Positions 50,176 to 63,610 of a stretch of 64,000 nt of DNA are shown here, piece by piece. The first letter of the stretch is position 1; every line of letters begins with the position of its first letter. A model generated the notes under the pieces. It saw only the letters and a program-made list of their open reading frames with translations. It was not told the DNA's origin and ran no database searches. The position numbers were made by a program, and so were the translations under genes. This DNA is from Octopus sinensis (Eukaryota): NCBI RefSeq assembly GCF_006345805.1, contig NC_042998.1, forward strand, positions 95,480,001 to 95,544,000, given 5' to 3'.

Positions 50176-50587
50176 ATTTAAATGACTGTGCTGATCTAGT
50201 TGCACAAACTTAAAAAGAGATGCACTTGGTTAATACTTCACGCTCTACAACCAGAATTAAGTCTCATTCACTTTTATTGCCCTTAAATTCTATTCTACTT
50301 TCTCTTAGCACCACTTCTCCCATTTTTCTAAAAATCTCCAATTTATATTTCCTTCATAACGCCCATAAACCCAACAATTCTAGACTAGTTGCACACCAGA
50401 GCTTATGTTGAGAAACCCAAACACCTTTATACTCACTCAGTCTTATGAGTTAAAGGGACCAAATAAAAGCCAAAACTTGTAACGCCTTTTTCTTTCCGTG
50501 GTGTCTCCTACCAACTTCTCTTCTTTCTCTTCGCCATTTTGCTGAGGATGACTAATGGCAGTCATTCTCTGCAATATAAGTCTATTA

Positions 50588-50990
50588 AAAGCGGCGAGCT
50601 GGCAGAAACGTTAGCACGCCGGGTGAAGTGCGTAGCCGTATTTCGCCTGCCGTTACGTTCTGGGTTCAAATTCCGCCGAGGTCGACTTTGCCTTTCATCC
50701 TTTCGGGGTCGATAAATTAAGTACCAGTTACGCACTGGGGTCGATAAAATCGACTTAATCCGTTTGTATGTCCTCTCTGTGTTTAGCCCCTCTGTGGATA
50801 GTAAAGTAATAGGTATTTTGTCTGTCATTGTTTTTCTGAGTTCAAATTCTGCCGAGGCTGACTTTGCCTTTCATTCTTTCGGGGTCGTTAAATTAAGTAC
50901 CAGTCGAGTACTGAGGTCGATCTAATCGACTGGCCCCCTCCCCGCCATAACATTTCCGGCTTTGTGCCTAGAGTTGAAAAGAATATAAGT
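50588..50990 (+). mobile_element. Family B SINE dimer
   Basis: Head, body and tail, then a second headless body and a different tail. Confidence 0.85.
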
Positions 50991-51004
50991 TTATTAGCTT
51001 TAAG

Positions 51005-51290
51005 TTTTTGACAGCCTCTTCCATATTCCAATCTGGTACCACGGCCCACCTCCATCTAATTCTTCAAAACTGTTTCTCTTGATTAATTTTATTACCAGGT
51101 TAGCAGTACAGCTTTATAAGGCTGAGATTCTCCTCTTTTCCTCCATATTACCTAACTTCATCAGTGGCCGTATCAAAATCCAAAGTTCACTCATTTCACT
51201 GGACGAACCCCAAATAATATGGCTTCGCTTTTATCTGATGGATGATTCCTTGATTCATCTCGCAGTTTCTATATTACAATAAAACTTCGT
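51005..51290 (-). mobile_element. Possible degraded L1/Tx1-type LINE 3' fragment
   Basis: Degenerate translation (..HIIWG..ELWILIRPL..IWKR) loosely resembles Tx1 C-termini. Weak. Confidence 0.3.
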
Positions 51291-51979
51291 TGACCTTGCC
51301 AATGTCAACACCATCCGTTCTTATATACATAGGTATAAAGTAAATCAAATTATGTATAAATCCAAACTTAACCAACAAAATAAGTCAGTCGACCTAACAA
51401 AATTGAGTCATTTACATCCGTAGAAGTGCGTTGGATAAAATAGTCTTTAACAGAACAAACAACTAAAGTAGCAATGAAAAAAAAACCTTGACTTTATCAT
51501 GCATCTTAATATGTTGCATTAATATGAGAGAATGCTACGGCACGTCGACTCTAATTAGATTATGATAGCAGACGATGGTGAAAACCTTGCAACATAGATA
51601 AACATTTCAGTACATTTCAACACTAATGTGGAAGGGTAACTTGGAAGTAAAAGAACAAAAACAAATGTTAGAAATATGCACATTGAACTCTTATCTTCAC
51701 CAAGTAAGACGTGCTAGGTGAAACACTTACTTGAGTACACCCGAACACCACTGGGGAAGATACTTCAATACTCACCACGCAGTAATGTCCAAAAACTATA
51801 AAAATAACGGTGTAGGCATAGCTGTGTGGTCAAGAAGCTCGCTTTGTAACCATGTAGTCTTAGGTTAAGTCCAACTGCGCGGCATCATCGTCAAGTGTCT
51901 TCTGTAGCCTTGGGCCGGTCACATGGCCTTGTAAGTGAAATTGGAATATGGAAACTGTATGGAAGCCCGTTGTATATAT

Positions 51980-52148
51980 CAGTGTTCTGCAAAATTTTTT
52001 CACTTGCAGTACACATATTCTTTTCAAAATTCGGCGGCACACCTGGACTAAAAGTATAGGGAAAAAATTATATTCAGGTTACACTGCGGCACATCTAGCA
52101 CCGTCTCGTGGCACACCAGTGCCGCGACATACCGGTTGCGGAGCATTG
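51980..52148. mobile_element. hAT-type MITE inserted in a family A SINE (~51808-52350)
   Basis: CAGTGTTCTGCAA ... TTGCGGAGCATTG; subterminal ggcacaccagtgccgcg; partial 8-bp TSD gtatatat/gtctaaat. Confidence 0.7.
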
Positions 52149-52569
52149 GTCTAAATACGCACATATCAGTATATTTGTTGATGCTCCCCGCCGTCGCGTA
52201 ACAACCGGTGTTGATTTGTTTACGTTCCAGTAACAGCGGTTCAGCAAAAGAACTGATAGAATACGTACCAGACTTATCAAACCTCATAAATACTGGGGTT
52301 GATTTTTTTCGACCCAAACTCTTCAAGGCGATGCCCCAGCATGGCCGAAACAAGCAAAATGTAATACGGGATGTAAACTACATTTACATCTCAACCAATC
52401 CACATGTGTAACTATGCTATTTACAACTTCACCAATCCCCACTTTTAGCTGCGCACAAGGTATAACAACCACATCGTAAAAATGTCTTTTTTCGAGAGAA
52501 ACAGAGAGGGAGAGAGCTCTAACGAGATGGCAAACATTTAACCAAAATATATCAAAAACTTTTCTAAAA

Positions 52570-52920
52570 TCTCAGGAAACACAATATACAGGTCTTCTCT
52601 GAATGGCGCTTTCATCAGACACGCGGAAAGCAATTGACAAATCCTGCTTTCATATTTAACAACTGAATATAAGGCGGGAAAAGCAAGGACAGTAATGATG
52701 ATAAGGTATTCAAAAGATCAGAGCATTCGGGACCGCCCCGCAAAGGTACGAACAGGGAAGAAATGGAAAGCGGTAGAGGAGTAGGGGCCGAAACCGGACG
52801 TGGTTCCTCCTGATGATGTCTTGAGCTAACTGGATCCTATAAAGGAGCTGTTGTGGTAGTAGGCCACGAAACACGGTTGAAATTCCTGTCTTGTGCCCTT
52901 TCAATAAATTTCTTGATTCA
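52570..52920 (+). mobile_element. Degraded Penelope-like element 3' end (GIY-YIG C-terminus remnant plus pLTR)
   Basis: RREKQ...IQKIRAFGTAPQ/GTNREE resembles the PLE GIY-YIG C-terminus. Followed by CTGATGA (52810) ... GAAAC (52868) ... AATAAA. Confidence 0.45.
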
Positions 52921-53669
52921 TTGTCTTCTTCCTTATACAGCTCGAACTCTATTCATAGCCACCAAATACGTTTCTCATTTTCTCTCGAACCTTCCTAAGC
53001 GTTCAGACGAAAATCTAAGGTTTTCGTTTGAAACCTTAGTAGATTCATCTAGCCTGGCGAGCAAGCAGAATCGTTATCACTTCATGCAAAACACTTATCG
53101 ACATTTCTCTTTTAAGTTTTGAGTTCAAATCGTGTCTAGGTTAAATTTGCCTTTCATCCTTTTGAGGTCGATAAAATAAAGTACCGAGCGAGTATTTGGA
53201 TCAATCAAACTGACTAACATCTCCCTTGACTGAAACTGCTGACCTTGTTCCAAAATTTGGAACCATTATTTTTCTGAACTTTATTAAAACGAATTTTTGA
53301 CAACGAAGGCTGTTATTAGTTGCCATGCATCTTAGTATCTTATCTTTGATGTACTCAGTTCTGTTGGTCTTAACATAAAACTCTCCTTCGTCGTAAATTA
53401 ATATTTTATCTCCCTGCTTAGGAATTTTTGTGTCACTAGATGTCAGCAGAATCTCTCGAGGATTAACTTATTACGTTCAGCATTGCAAAGAATTGCTAAG
53501 ATATACTTAAATGTAGGACAGGTTAAATTAGTTTAGTCCATATGTCTAGTATAGTGAAGAAATGCATTTTTATCTGTTATATCAAGAAGATAAAAAAAAA
53601 ACAATGCTCTCGCTGATCAGCATCGTGTTAAAGTAATAGTGTTTGTCGTCTATGAAATAGAGATGACCT

Positions 53670-54058
53670 AGGCGTAGGAGTGAATGTGTGGTAAGTAGCT
53701 TGCTTACCAACCACATGGTTCCGGGTTCAATCCCACTGCGTGGCACCTTAGGCAAGTGTCTTCTACTATAGCCTCGGGCCGACCAAATCCTTGTGAGTGG
53801 ATTTGGTAGAAGGAAACTGAGAGAAGCCCGTCGTATATATGTATATATATATATGTTTGTGTGTCTGTGTTTGTCGCCCTCCACATCGCTTGACAACCGA
53901 TGCTGGTGTGTTTGTGTCCCCGTAAATTAGCGGTTCGGCAAAAGAGACCGATAGAATAAGTACTTGGCTAACAAAAAATAAGTCCTAGGGTCGATTTGCT
54001 CGACTAAATGCGGTGCTCCAGCATGGCTGCAGTCAAATGACTGAAACAAGTAAAAGAG
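53670..54058 (+). mobile_element. Family A SINE, full length, young
   Basis: Intact head, core, (TA)/(TG) linker and tail, CpGs retained. Confidence 0.92.
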
Positions 54059-54271
54059 TATACATCAAGGCGCCGCAGTGGATATCTTGTAATATTTTAA
54101 TTCGATCCTGTTGGTGCGTCTGAATTAAAATTGTGACATATTAATGACTCTGTGATTCAGTCATGTACCAAACTTTGGAGTGGTCGTTTATTTAATCAGA
54201 AGAAATAGATAATGTTATGCGTTAACAAAAAACTATGGCGCAAAAGATTACTTTGTAATTCGCCCTGTATT

Positions 54272-54700
54272 GGCAGCGAGCTGATAGAATCATTAGCACA
54301 CTGGACAATATGTTTAGCAGCTTTTCTTCCGGTTCTTTAAGTTTTGAGTTCATGTTCCGTCTTGGTCAACTTTCATGTCATTCATCCCTTCAGGGTCGGT
54401 CAAATAAAATACCTATTTTTTTATTACCCACAGGTGGCTAAACACAGAGGGGACAAACAAGGACAGACATAGGTATTAAGTCGATTACATCGACTCCAGT
54501 GCGTAACTGGTACTTAATTTATCGACCCCGAAAGGATGAAAGGCAAAGTCGACCTCGGCGGAATTTGAGCTCACAACGTAACGCAGACGAAATACCGCTA
54601 AGCATTTCGCCCGGCGTGCTAACGTTTCTGCCAGCTCGCCGCCTTAAATAAAATACCAGTCACGTACTGGGTCGATTTAATCAACTTTTCCCCACTTCTC
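54272..54700. mobile_element. Young family B SINE (54414-54645, minus) inserted in an older plus-strand copy
   Basis: 12-bp TSD aaataaaatacc at 54402 and 54646. Confidence 0.85.
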
Positions 54701-55810
54701 TCAAAAATTGCTGTGCTTGAACTCGGCAATGGACTGGCGTCTCGTTTAAAGGAAGCGTCCATGTCATGGAAACTGGCTAACTGGCCTTGTGAGTGTTAGG
54801 GGGGCAAGAAAAGAATTCAGTCTGCAGGATGGTAGTTATTATTGGCTTAATTCAAGTTCAACCTTAACTGAGTCGACCTATGATGAAAAGTGTTCACCTC
54901 CTCTTTGTTTATAGTATAATGTATCTTCAATAAACATATATCCTTTTCTGTTCAAGGTCACAGGAAGATGCCATTTCTAACGCGTCGTGAACTCTTCATT
55001 GACTCACGCGCAAAGAAGTTTCGATCCCAGCCAAAATTAGTCAGATTCCAGTTGTAAAGCAAAAGTGTCCAAATTTAATACATGAAGGATAATAAAAAGG
55101 AAAGTTAAATTCTAATGAAATTAATTTAGACCCTTGAGATAAAACGTCATTAATTTCTTTTTTTTTTTTACAGAGTAAAATAAGAAATCCAGTATATTTC
55201 AGGGAAGAAGACACAGGATGCGTTGTTCTTACCTTGTTAGGAAAGGGCAATGGGTTGTTGTGTTATATATTTGTAACGGCATCGGATTTTTGTAACCATA
55301 ATTGAATTGTAAACAATATTAAGATGATGTCGGCTGTCAGCGGATGCAACGATAAAAAAATATATCTAGACTTAGATATTTCGATATTTTGATGTTTCAT
55401 TACCCCAAATTTTTAATTCAACAAATTTATACCAAATGTTTTACGAGTTTAAGCGTAAATTCAATGTGTTATATATGCAACATTGATTCTTATATATTTA
55501 TATATTTTTATATGATGTTTATATATTTATATATTACTATATTTTTAAACGTCGGACTTTATATCAACCTATCTACCTACCCATCTTTCTATCTATCTCC
55601 ATTGTAATGAAACCTCAACCCCAAAAACAAAAACAATGTTCTCCGCTTCTAAATAACCCCACCGACAAAAAATATCTGTTTTATATAAATGAACAAGTTG
55701 TTTGTACATTCACAAAATTCTATTTGAAAAGTTCGAGAAATGAACGAAAGCGCTAATAATAATGAATAAATAAAAAGATTTTTTCCAAAATTCTGACGAC
55801 CTTTTTTCTA

Positions 55811-55887
<77 letters not shown>

Positions 55888-55977
55888 CTAGTCGGCATCT
55901 ATACGAATTTGCGAAATAATAAAGTATCCGCCAGAAAAATTTATCCCATTTTTACTCTCTCTCTCTCTCTGTATGTG

Positions 55978-57192
55978 TCAGGTCATTCCATAAGTTCTGT
56001 CCGAGTTCATCTTATTTAAAATTGAATGAAATTTAATAGTATATTAGAATGCCCAATGGAATTAAAAATTATTTTTATGCATTTGTGTACATTTAAACTA
56101 ATTAAATATTATTTTACAGAACAATAAAATTAAAATTTCTTTGATTAAAACACTTTCTAACATGGAAGTATCCAAAGAGCATTTGAGGCACATAATGCTT
56201 TATGAGTACAAAAATGGAAACTCTGCAGTCGAGCAACTCGAAACATACACTCAGTTTATGGGAAAGAATGCTTGAATGAAAGAACTTGCAGAAGCTGATT
56301 TGCAAAATTCAGAAGTGGAGATTTCAGCCCTGAAGATGAAGATCGAACAAGACGTCCAGTTGAGTTTGATGATAAGCTCCTTGAGGCATTATCAGTTGAA
56401 GAATTGGCAAAAAAGCTTAGTTCAAACCACACAACTGTTCATCTTCATCTTCAACAACTTGGAAAATGGATGCCCCTTGAATTGTCCACAAATCTCCAGT
56501 TGACATCTGCTCTTTTCTCCATTCTCGCGAACTCATTTCACCCTTTTTGAATAGACGAAAAATGGATCTTCTATTGAAATGTTAAACGTCGTAAACAGTG
56601 GCTTGGTAAAAGAGAAAAAGCTCAACCACAACCAAGAAGGAAACTTCATGGGAAAAAGGTTCTCTCTATCTGGTGGGATTACAAAGGTGTAATTCACTTT
56701 GAATTGTTACCACCTAATGCAACAATCAATGCTCAAGTCTACTGTCAGCAATTAGAGCGTTTCATCCAAGCTTTGAAGAAAAAAAGACCCGCTTCAGTGA
56801 AACGAAAATGAGTGATGTTTCATCAGGACAATCCGCGACCCCACACCACAAAGATCACATCACAGAAGATCGAAGAGCTTCGTTGGGAAAAAATTCCTCA
56901 TCCATCTTATTCTCCTGACCTTGTTCCTTCAAACTACCATTTGTTTCGTAGTTTACAGAATCATTTGGGGGACATAACTTTCGCAAGCCAGTGGGAGGTC
57001 GAAACTGACATTTCAGAGTTCTTCGCTTTGAAACCAAAAGAGATTTACATTGATGGGATTAAAAAGCTTGTAAATAGATAGAAGGAAGTCATAGATAATC
57101 AGGGAAAGTACATTGATGATTAAATTTCAATTAAATATAACATTTGATCCCTTGTTTTCTTTATTCAAAATTCGGACAGAACTTATGGGATG

Positions 57193-57198
<6 letters not shown>
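55978..57198 (+). mobile_element. Full-length mariner (DD34D) relic, dead
   Basis: ~28-bp TIRs aggtcat(t/c)ccataagttctgtccga. ATG at 56162 (MEVSKEHLRHIMLYEY); DEKWIFY, WWDYKGV, FHQDNPRPH, HPSYSPDL. Stops, frameshifts and a deletion at the first catalytic motif. Confidence 0.95.
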
Positions 57199-57281
<83 letters not shown>

Positions 57282-58553
57282 ATATATGACGGGCTTCTTT
57301 TAGTTTCCCTCTGCCAAATCTACTCAGAAGACTTTGGTCGACTCAAAGCTATAATAGAAGGCCCAAGGTGCCACGCAATGGGATTGAACCGGAACTATGT
57401 GGTTGGGAAACAAGGACTTTCTTTAGTACTAACATCGTTAAACAACGTATCTCCCTCGACTTACACGATTTCGAATAGCAAGGTGATTCGTGGTAACGAT
57501 TTACCGCGTTAATCGAGAGAAAGAACTCCATCAGAATGCCAACAATGCGTCTGAAGAATAAACTCATTCTTCGAGATTAGAAATACTGATGAATTTTAGA
57601 CCCTCTATGCAACTAACTCTGGACTAGTAAAATTGATGAAATTACCACACATATAGAAGCACTTCGGACCATATCCTCAAACCTGAGGATTCTGCTAACT
57701 GACAATGATTAATTCACTAATTAACTATGTCCACTGTCTTACCGAGGCGCATTTTCTTTTCTCTGCGACGTCTAATGTTGCTGTTTCAGCTCAACATATG
57801 TTCCTCAAAAGTAGCAAACTACACATCCTTCCCACTTCCCGTACATGTTAAATTTCACGTTTTTCTTGTGGATGTTGACCTATCGGAACATTATCTACAC
57901 CGTGTCAAGCAGGTTTTGCAAATACCATGAGACCGAGCCCCATTCTTTAATTAAGGAAGAAAAAGAAATTGACAGTATATAATTTACATGAAATTTTGTT
58001 TCTCTTCCTCTCCCTTTTTTTCTAAACAATGTGTTAACTAATCTCTGTTTATACGTGGATTTCATTTGTTTAAATATAATACGGTTTTAAAATTTGAAAC
58101 TAAAGATATAAGAACTGAATTTGCAGGTAAAAGTCACTCGGTAAACTCACTTCCTGAATTTTTAAAGGTCATTTTAATAAAAGAAGAAGAAAAAAAAATT
58201 TGGGGTGAAGTTGTAGATAAGTTGAGCTGTATACTTAACGTATACTTAACGAGAGCAAATAAACTGTTTACAGAATAACGAATGATTTATATAGAGGGAG
58301 ATCTGCGTTGTTCGGCGATGATGATTCGGTTGTTCTATCAACTGCATTACCTGTCCTCAGTTAATTTATAAGTGGCTGAGCATTCTACAGTCACTTGTAC
58401 ATACCCTTAATATAATGCTCAAGTAGAATGCTCAAGTATGATATAATTGTATCTTCTAAATATAGGTACAATCCACTCGACGGGCCTCTATAAATACAAT
58501 ATCTGTCAGTTAAATTTCACTTACAAAGTATTTGTGAAGCAACAGAACGCGTA

Positions 58554-58591
<38 letters not shown>

Positions 58592-58592
58592 T

Positions 58593-58627
<35 letters not shown>

Positions 58628-59186
58628 GAGACAGCACATTTGTGGATTAGAGGCTAGAACGTGTGAGTGACTTTCTGTAGATGCGATCTTCGATGTCAGC
58701 GTTTATAGTATCACCACCGTTCCAGATATGGTAACAGTATTCCATTGAGGATTACACCCAAGTTTTGCAGAGGATTAGTAGTTGCTACAGTCTGAAGTAT
58801 ATTAGTATATTCTGGTTCTGAAGAAAAGTCTTTGACATGTAGCTTTTACGATGTTAAAAGGGTGCGTTTGACAGGGGAGATCACTCCTAAATATAAGGCT
58901 TAACATTTAAAGCGATCGCGAAGGCTTTTAAAACTATGTGCTGTTGATGCTCAAAGACTGGTGGATAAACTGTGATGGTGATGATGATGATGCTTGGTTG
59001 TTATATTACAGTGACTGCTGAGGGAGACAAGAATAGCATGACCTCATTGGCGGATGTTTTCGAGAAACAGAAACTAAGTAATATGAAACTAAATAAATGA
59101 ACAGAGAAGAACGATAATATTTTATTTCAAACTCAAAATTCATTTCGGTGTGATTTGGGTGAGGAAGTATTTTCTAAATAAGGAAG

Positions 59187-59262
<76 letters not shown>

Positions 59263-59519
59263 TACATTTTCCAAATAAGGATATGTTTACTGTTTATTTC
59301 CTTAAAGCATGTATGACGTCAAGTTGATTGACTTATATTGCTTACTTGAGCAACAAACGTTAGCACTAGCAGATAATCGAGTTTATAGAATTTTAGTCTC
59401 CTCGTCCCAGGGAACGATAGCACATGTCAACCGTTGTTAAAAGAAAAAAAACCAAAAACATTTTTGTAAATCAGAGGCTGGTCGTCAGGAAGTCAAAGTT
59501 CGCCCAGGACATGGACTAT

Positions 59520-60240
59520 AAATCTTAAAGCCGACGAGGGTCATCACCAAGCATCTCAATGAATCGGAGTCCACTTATCAGACGGGCGATGCCGAGGACG
59601 TCGGTACATGATGAGAGAAAGCAGTTCATATCCGATAAGTTCCAAGAGAACGGTGTGATCCGGTCGAAGTAATTGTTGAATAAATTCTGAACACATTGAG
59701 AATTGTGCAATTCTTTGATTTTCTCCGAAGAGAACTTCGATCAGAACCAGAAGGTGAACAGAAGGAATGATACATGGTGTTGTGTGGACCCTATCAAAGT
59801 ACAGACTGTGAGGCACATTGTTTCCATCGTCTATCATGATCCTGTGTGGGTCATGAGCAATGAGGGTCATGCAATGCTGCCTTACGTATTACAGGGTCTC
59901 AAAGCCAATATCACCAACTACATCGAGATATTAGATACGGTACTTGAGTCACGAATGGAGGGCTGGCCTGAAGAAAGCTGCTTGCTAATGTTTGGCCCCA
60001 AATTTCACGATTATGTGACTGCTTTCATGTGATCTTGCTCCCTGGAGCACCCTGGATTACCACGGGTAGGGTATCTAAAGAGAATGGCGTTGGTGACCAA
60101 TCGGCAGTTTTGTAATACCAGTGACTCATTGAAGGTTGCTATGTAAGTGCGGTGATGTAACAAGAATGAGATAAAAGCACCTAAGTTTTCTTTGATATTA
60201 GAAAATCTTTTCAAAAGATCTCATATTCAGTTTTGTGAAT
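59520..60240 (+). mobile_element. maT/DD37D-like transposon relic
   Basis: FSEENFDQNQKVNRRNDTW...VMSNEGHAMLP...GLKAN..NYIEILDTV, the same family type as 3084-3657. Confidence 0.75.
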
Positions 60241-60589
60241 TTCCGTCGTTAAAGGGTGAGGATTCAGTTGCTTAATCAAATTAATTACCTGTTCCTGAAT
60301 TAACATGTAAATGGCTGAGGATTCCATAGACCTTCAATGTACTTATCAAACGGAATTAGCATGTGTGATAAGGATGTACCATTTGGAACAAGCTGTTTAA
60401 TCCATCTACAGGTGTTCAATACAACTTCCATCTATCCAATGTGACTCACAAAGTTTGGGGTCGAGAAGGGGTTATAGAAAATAACATTTTCCCAAGACGC
60501 GTCGCAGTCGGATCGAAGTCGAAACCTTGAGTTCGCGAAGTGAACTTCTAAACAGTTCCGCCACACATTAAATTTTCTCTGTGTGTCTT

Positions 60590-60670
60590 TATGTATATAC
60601 ATATATACAATACATACATACATACATACATACATACATACATACATACATACATACATACATACATACA

Positions 60671-60701
<31 letters not shown>

Positions 60702-60850
60702 GTATGTATATATATATGTATGTATATATATATATGTTTGTATATATATATATATATGTATACACACACACACATATATATATATACATATGTATAACAC
60801 ACACGTGTGTGTGTGTGTGTGTGTGTGCGTGTGCATGCATGTATGTGTGC
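60590..60850. repeat. Compound (TACA)n/(TA)n/(TG)n microsatellite
   Basis: Direct reading; source of several spurious ORFs. Confidence 0.95.
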
Positions 60851-60864
60851 GTATATATTCATTT

Positions 60865-61260
60865 ATTCACTTACTTGTTTCAGTCATTTGACTGCGGCCA
60901 TCCTGGTGTACCGCCTTTAGTCGAAAAAATCAACCCCAGGACTTATTCTTTGTTAGCCTAGTACTTATTCTATCGGTGTCTTGTGCCGAACCGCTAAATA
61001 ACGGGGACGTAAACATAGCAACATTGGTTGTCAAGCGATGGTGGGAGAAGAAACATAGACACATTCACGCACACCCACTCACACATACACATGTATATAC
61101 GACGGGCTTCTTTCAGTTTCCGTGTAATAAATCCATTCACAAGGTTTTGGTCGGCCCGAGGCTATAATAGAAGACACTTGCCCAAGGTGTCACGCAGTGG
61201 AACTGAACCTGGAACCATGTGGTCGGGAAGCAAGCTTCTTACTACACAGCCACGCTGCGC
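60865..61260 (-). mobile_element. Family A SINE, near full length
   Basis: Tail, core and head. Confidence 0.88.
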
Positions 61261-61261
61261 C

Positions 61262-61317
<56 letters not shown>

Positions 61318-61360
61318 GCGCGCGCACACACACACACACACACACGCACGTATATATATA

Positions 61361-62236
61361 TACATTGTATGATCAATAACTGGAGTGTTACCATAGTAAC
61401 GAAGCTAAAGCCCACAGAATAAAGCCGACCTTGAACTCTGTTGTGCGTGTGCACTAAGTTTTAAAGTTCTTGCTCCTACAGCTGTTTACAGCAGTGCTTG
61501 GAAGGAATGTGCGTAGCGTGTGATCGTTGCACTGACCATGACAGAGAAGGTTGAGCATAGAATGTGTATCAAATTTTGCCAAAAGCTTAGCGATACCTGC
61601 TCAAAGGCCCACGCAAAGTTTTCAAAAAGTTTTCATTGCTCTTGACGCAATAAAGGGGATCTTGTGCAACTTAAACCCGAGTGTCTTTTTTGTTAGCTGA
61701 AAGCAGTTTTGGCACAAACTTGGCAAACACGTGTCTCATACCCAAATCTTCATTGATAATGGACTGGACTGAACCGTAACTAACCTGCACATACTCTGAT
61801 AACTCACGGATGGTATTTCGACGATTTCCCCTCACAGTTGCACGCACATCTGTGATGTTTCTCTCAGTTCCGCTGGTTGCAAATCTCTCAGAACGTTCGT
61901 CAGTATCGACATGTTTTCTACCATTTTGGAAACGTCTGAACCACTCGTACACTCCTGTGCCGCTCATACACTCCTCTCCATACACTTTCTGCAACTTTGC
62001 GCAGGCCCCTGAACAGGTATCACCATGACAACTTATTCTGTCATGGTCAATGCGACGATCACACGCTACACAGCTTCCTTCCTGGCACTGCTGTAAACAA
62101 TCGAAGTGAGTTAGAACGTTAAAACTTAGTGCGCATGCACAGCAAGGGCAATCTTTGCCGAGCTGTTTTACATACACTGCGTGCTTTAGCGTCGTTACTA
62201 TGGCAACAGCCCGGATACTTATTGATCAGACCTCAT
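61361..62236. mobile_element. Two 5' mariner halves in inverted orientation (61361-~61630 plus; ~61670-62236 minus)
   Basis: Plus strand MTEKVEHRMCIKFCQKL; minus strand VYGEECMS..VYEWFRRFQNGR...IINEDLGMRHVFAKFVPKLL. Both share the leader ccatagtaacga..gcactaagtttt..gtagcgtgtgatcg. Confidence 0.85.
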
Positions 62237-62995
62237 ATATATGTCAACCAAATTTGTTAGGTTGGTATATGTGTAGAGATGTGTACTTAAAACGCGATAA
62301 ATAGTCTTAATTTAGTTATCTTTGGTCAGATTTGGTTCCGTTTTAGTTTATTTACTTATTTCTTATTTATTTTATATAAAGTTTATCTTGCGAGGAAAAT
62401 AGCAACCTGCAAAAAGATAAGTCCCGAAAGTTTTCAGAGCCAATATCTGTTTATCATGCCACAAAATCAAATGCCAGCTGAATGATGATGAAACACTACA
62501 AAATATTTTTTCTTCAGGCTTTAGACTGACCTAACATTTTTTCGGTCGAGAATTGGTAATTCTACCAATATTAACTCTATAGGTGATATAATGGTAACAA
62601 GACATAGAGCAATGATTTTAGGGCTTTGTGGAAGGCATTCACAACGTATACATTCTGAGTTCAACAGAGGTCAATTCTACTTAGTCACTGAACTAAGTAT
62701 TTGTCATGTTCTCGGATCATCGTCTATTATATTCCTTATTGTGATGAACTATGCCTTCGTGCTTTGCCCTAAATTTGGGTTCCCCTGTTACGAATTTAGA
62801 AAGGCATGAGTATGTCGTTAAGAAGCTCGCTTTGCAACCATATAATTCTAGGTTCGATCCCATTGCATGGAACCATGGCCAATTGTGTTCTACTATAGCC
62901 CTGGACTGACTAATCGAACAATGCTCTCTGAGTGAATATTGATAGTCGGAGACTGTGTGGAAGTTCGTCATATATATGGATTTGTGTGTGTGTGT

Positions 62996-63610
62996 GGTAT
63001 TCCGAGCTGTCGTCCTTTCCACACTCCTCTACGGTTGTGAGATATATGTGTTGTATCAACGTGACTCGAAGAAAATCAAACGTTTCCAACGGCTCAAACT
63101 TCGCACAGTCATGAGTATTCGATGGAAGGACTATATTACCAATCAAAAGGTTCTTCTCCGGACCAGACTGCCCGGTAGTGAAGCTACCATGGCATGACAC
63201 CACCTCTGCTGGTCGGGACACATCATACATATACCTCAGTGCGTCTCCCGCGTCAGTTCCTCTTTGCAGAGTTGACCTCAGGCACCAGACCACGTGGAGC
63301 CCCCAAATTTCGTTTCCGCGATCAGCTCCATTGATCCAAATACTTGGGAGACAATCACCAAGGATCGCCCAAAGTGGCGGCATTTCATCGTCAAGAGAAC
63401 GGACCCGATGGAAAATAACAGACGTCAAGAAGCAGAGTTCAGACATCGAGGACACGAAGAGCAACTTGCATTTCCTTGTTTCCCGCCAACCATCTGTAAT
63501 AAATTCCCCTGGCTCTTCTATATCACCCTTGGCCTGAGCAACCAATCAAGCACCGGCACCCTCCGCATCCATCTGGATGAAGAGACTCAATCACTCGCTA
63601 CAGATTAACG
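62996..63610 (+). mobile_element. RTE/BovB-like LINE 3' fragment, dead
   Basis: RAVVLSTLLYGCE...IRWKDYITNQKVL...RPRGAPKFRF...WETITKDRPKWR. Confidence 0.85.

Noticed and set aside
56812-57081. Functional or domesticated (SETMAR-like) mariner transposase
   Set aside because: The element has stops, frameshifts and a deletion at the first catalytic Asp motif; no SET domain.
58650-58970. Possible LINE RT remnant
   Set aside because: Only a vague YSGSE-type resemblance; too degraded to call.
62910-63545. 211-aa minus-strand ORF
   Set aside because: Antisense shadow of the plus-strand RTE remnant.
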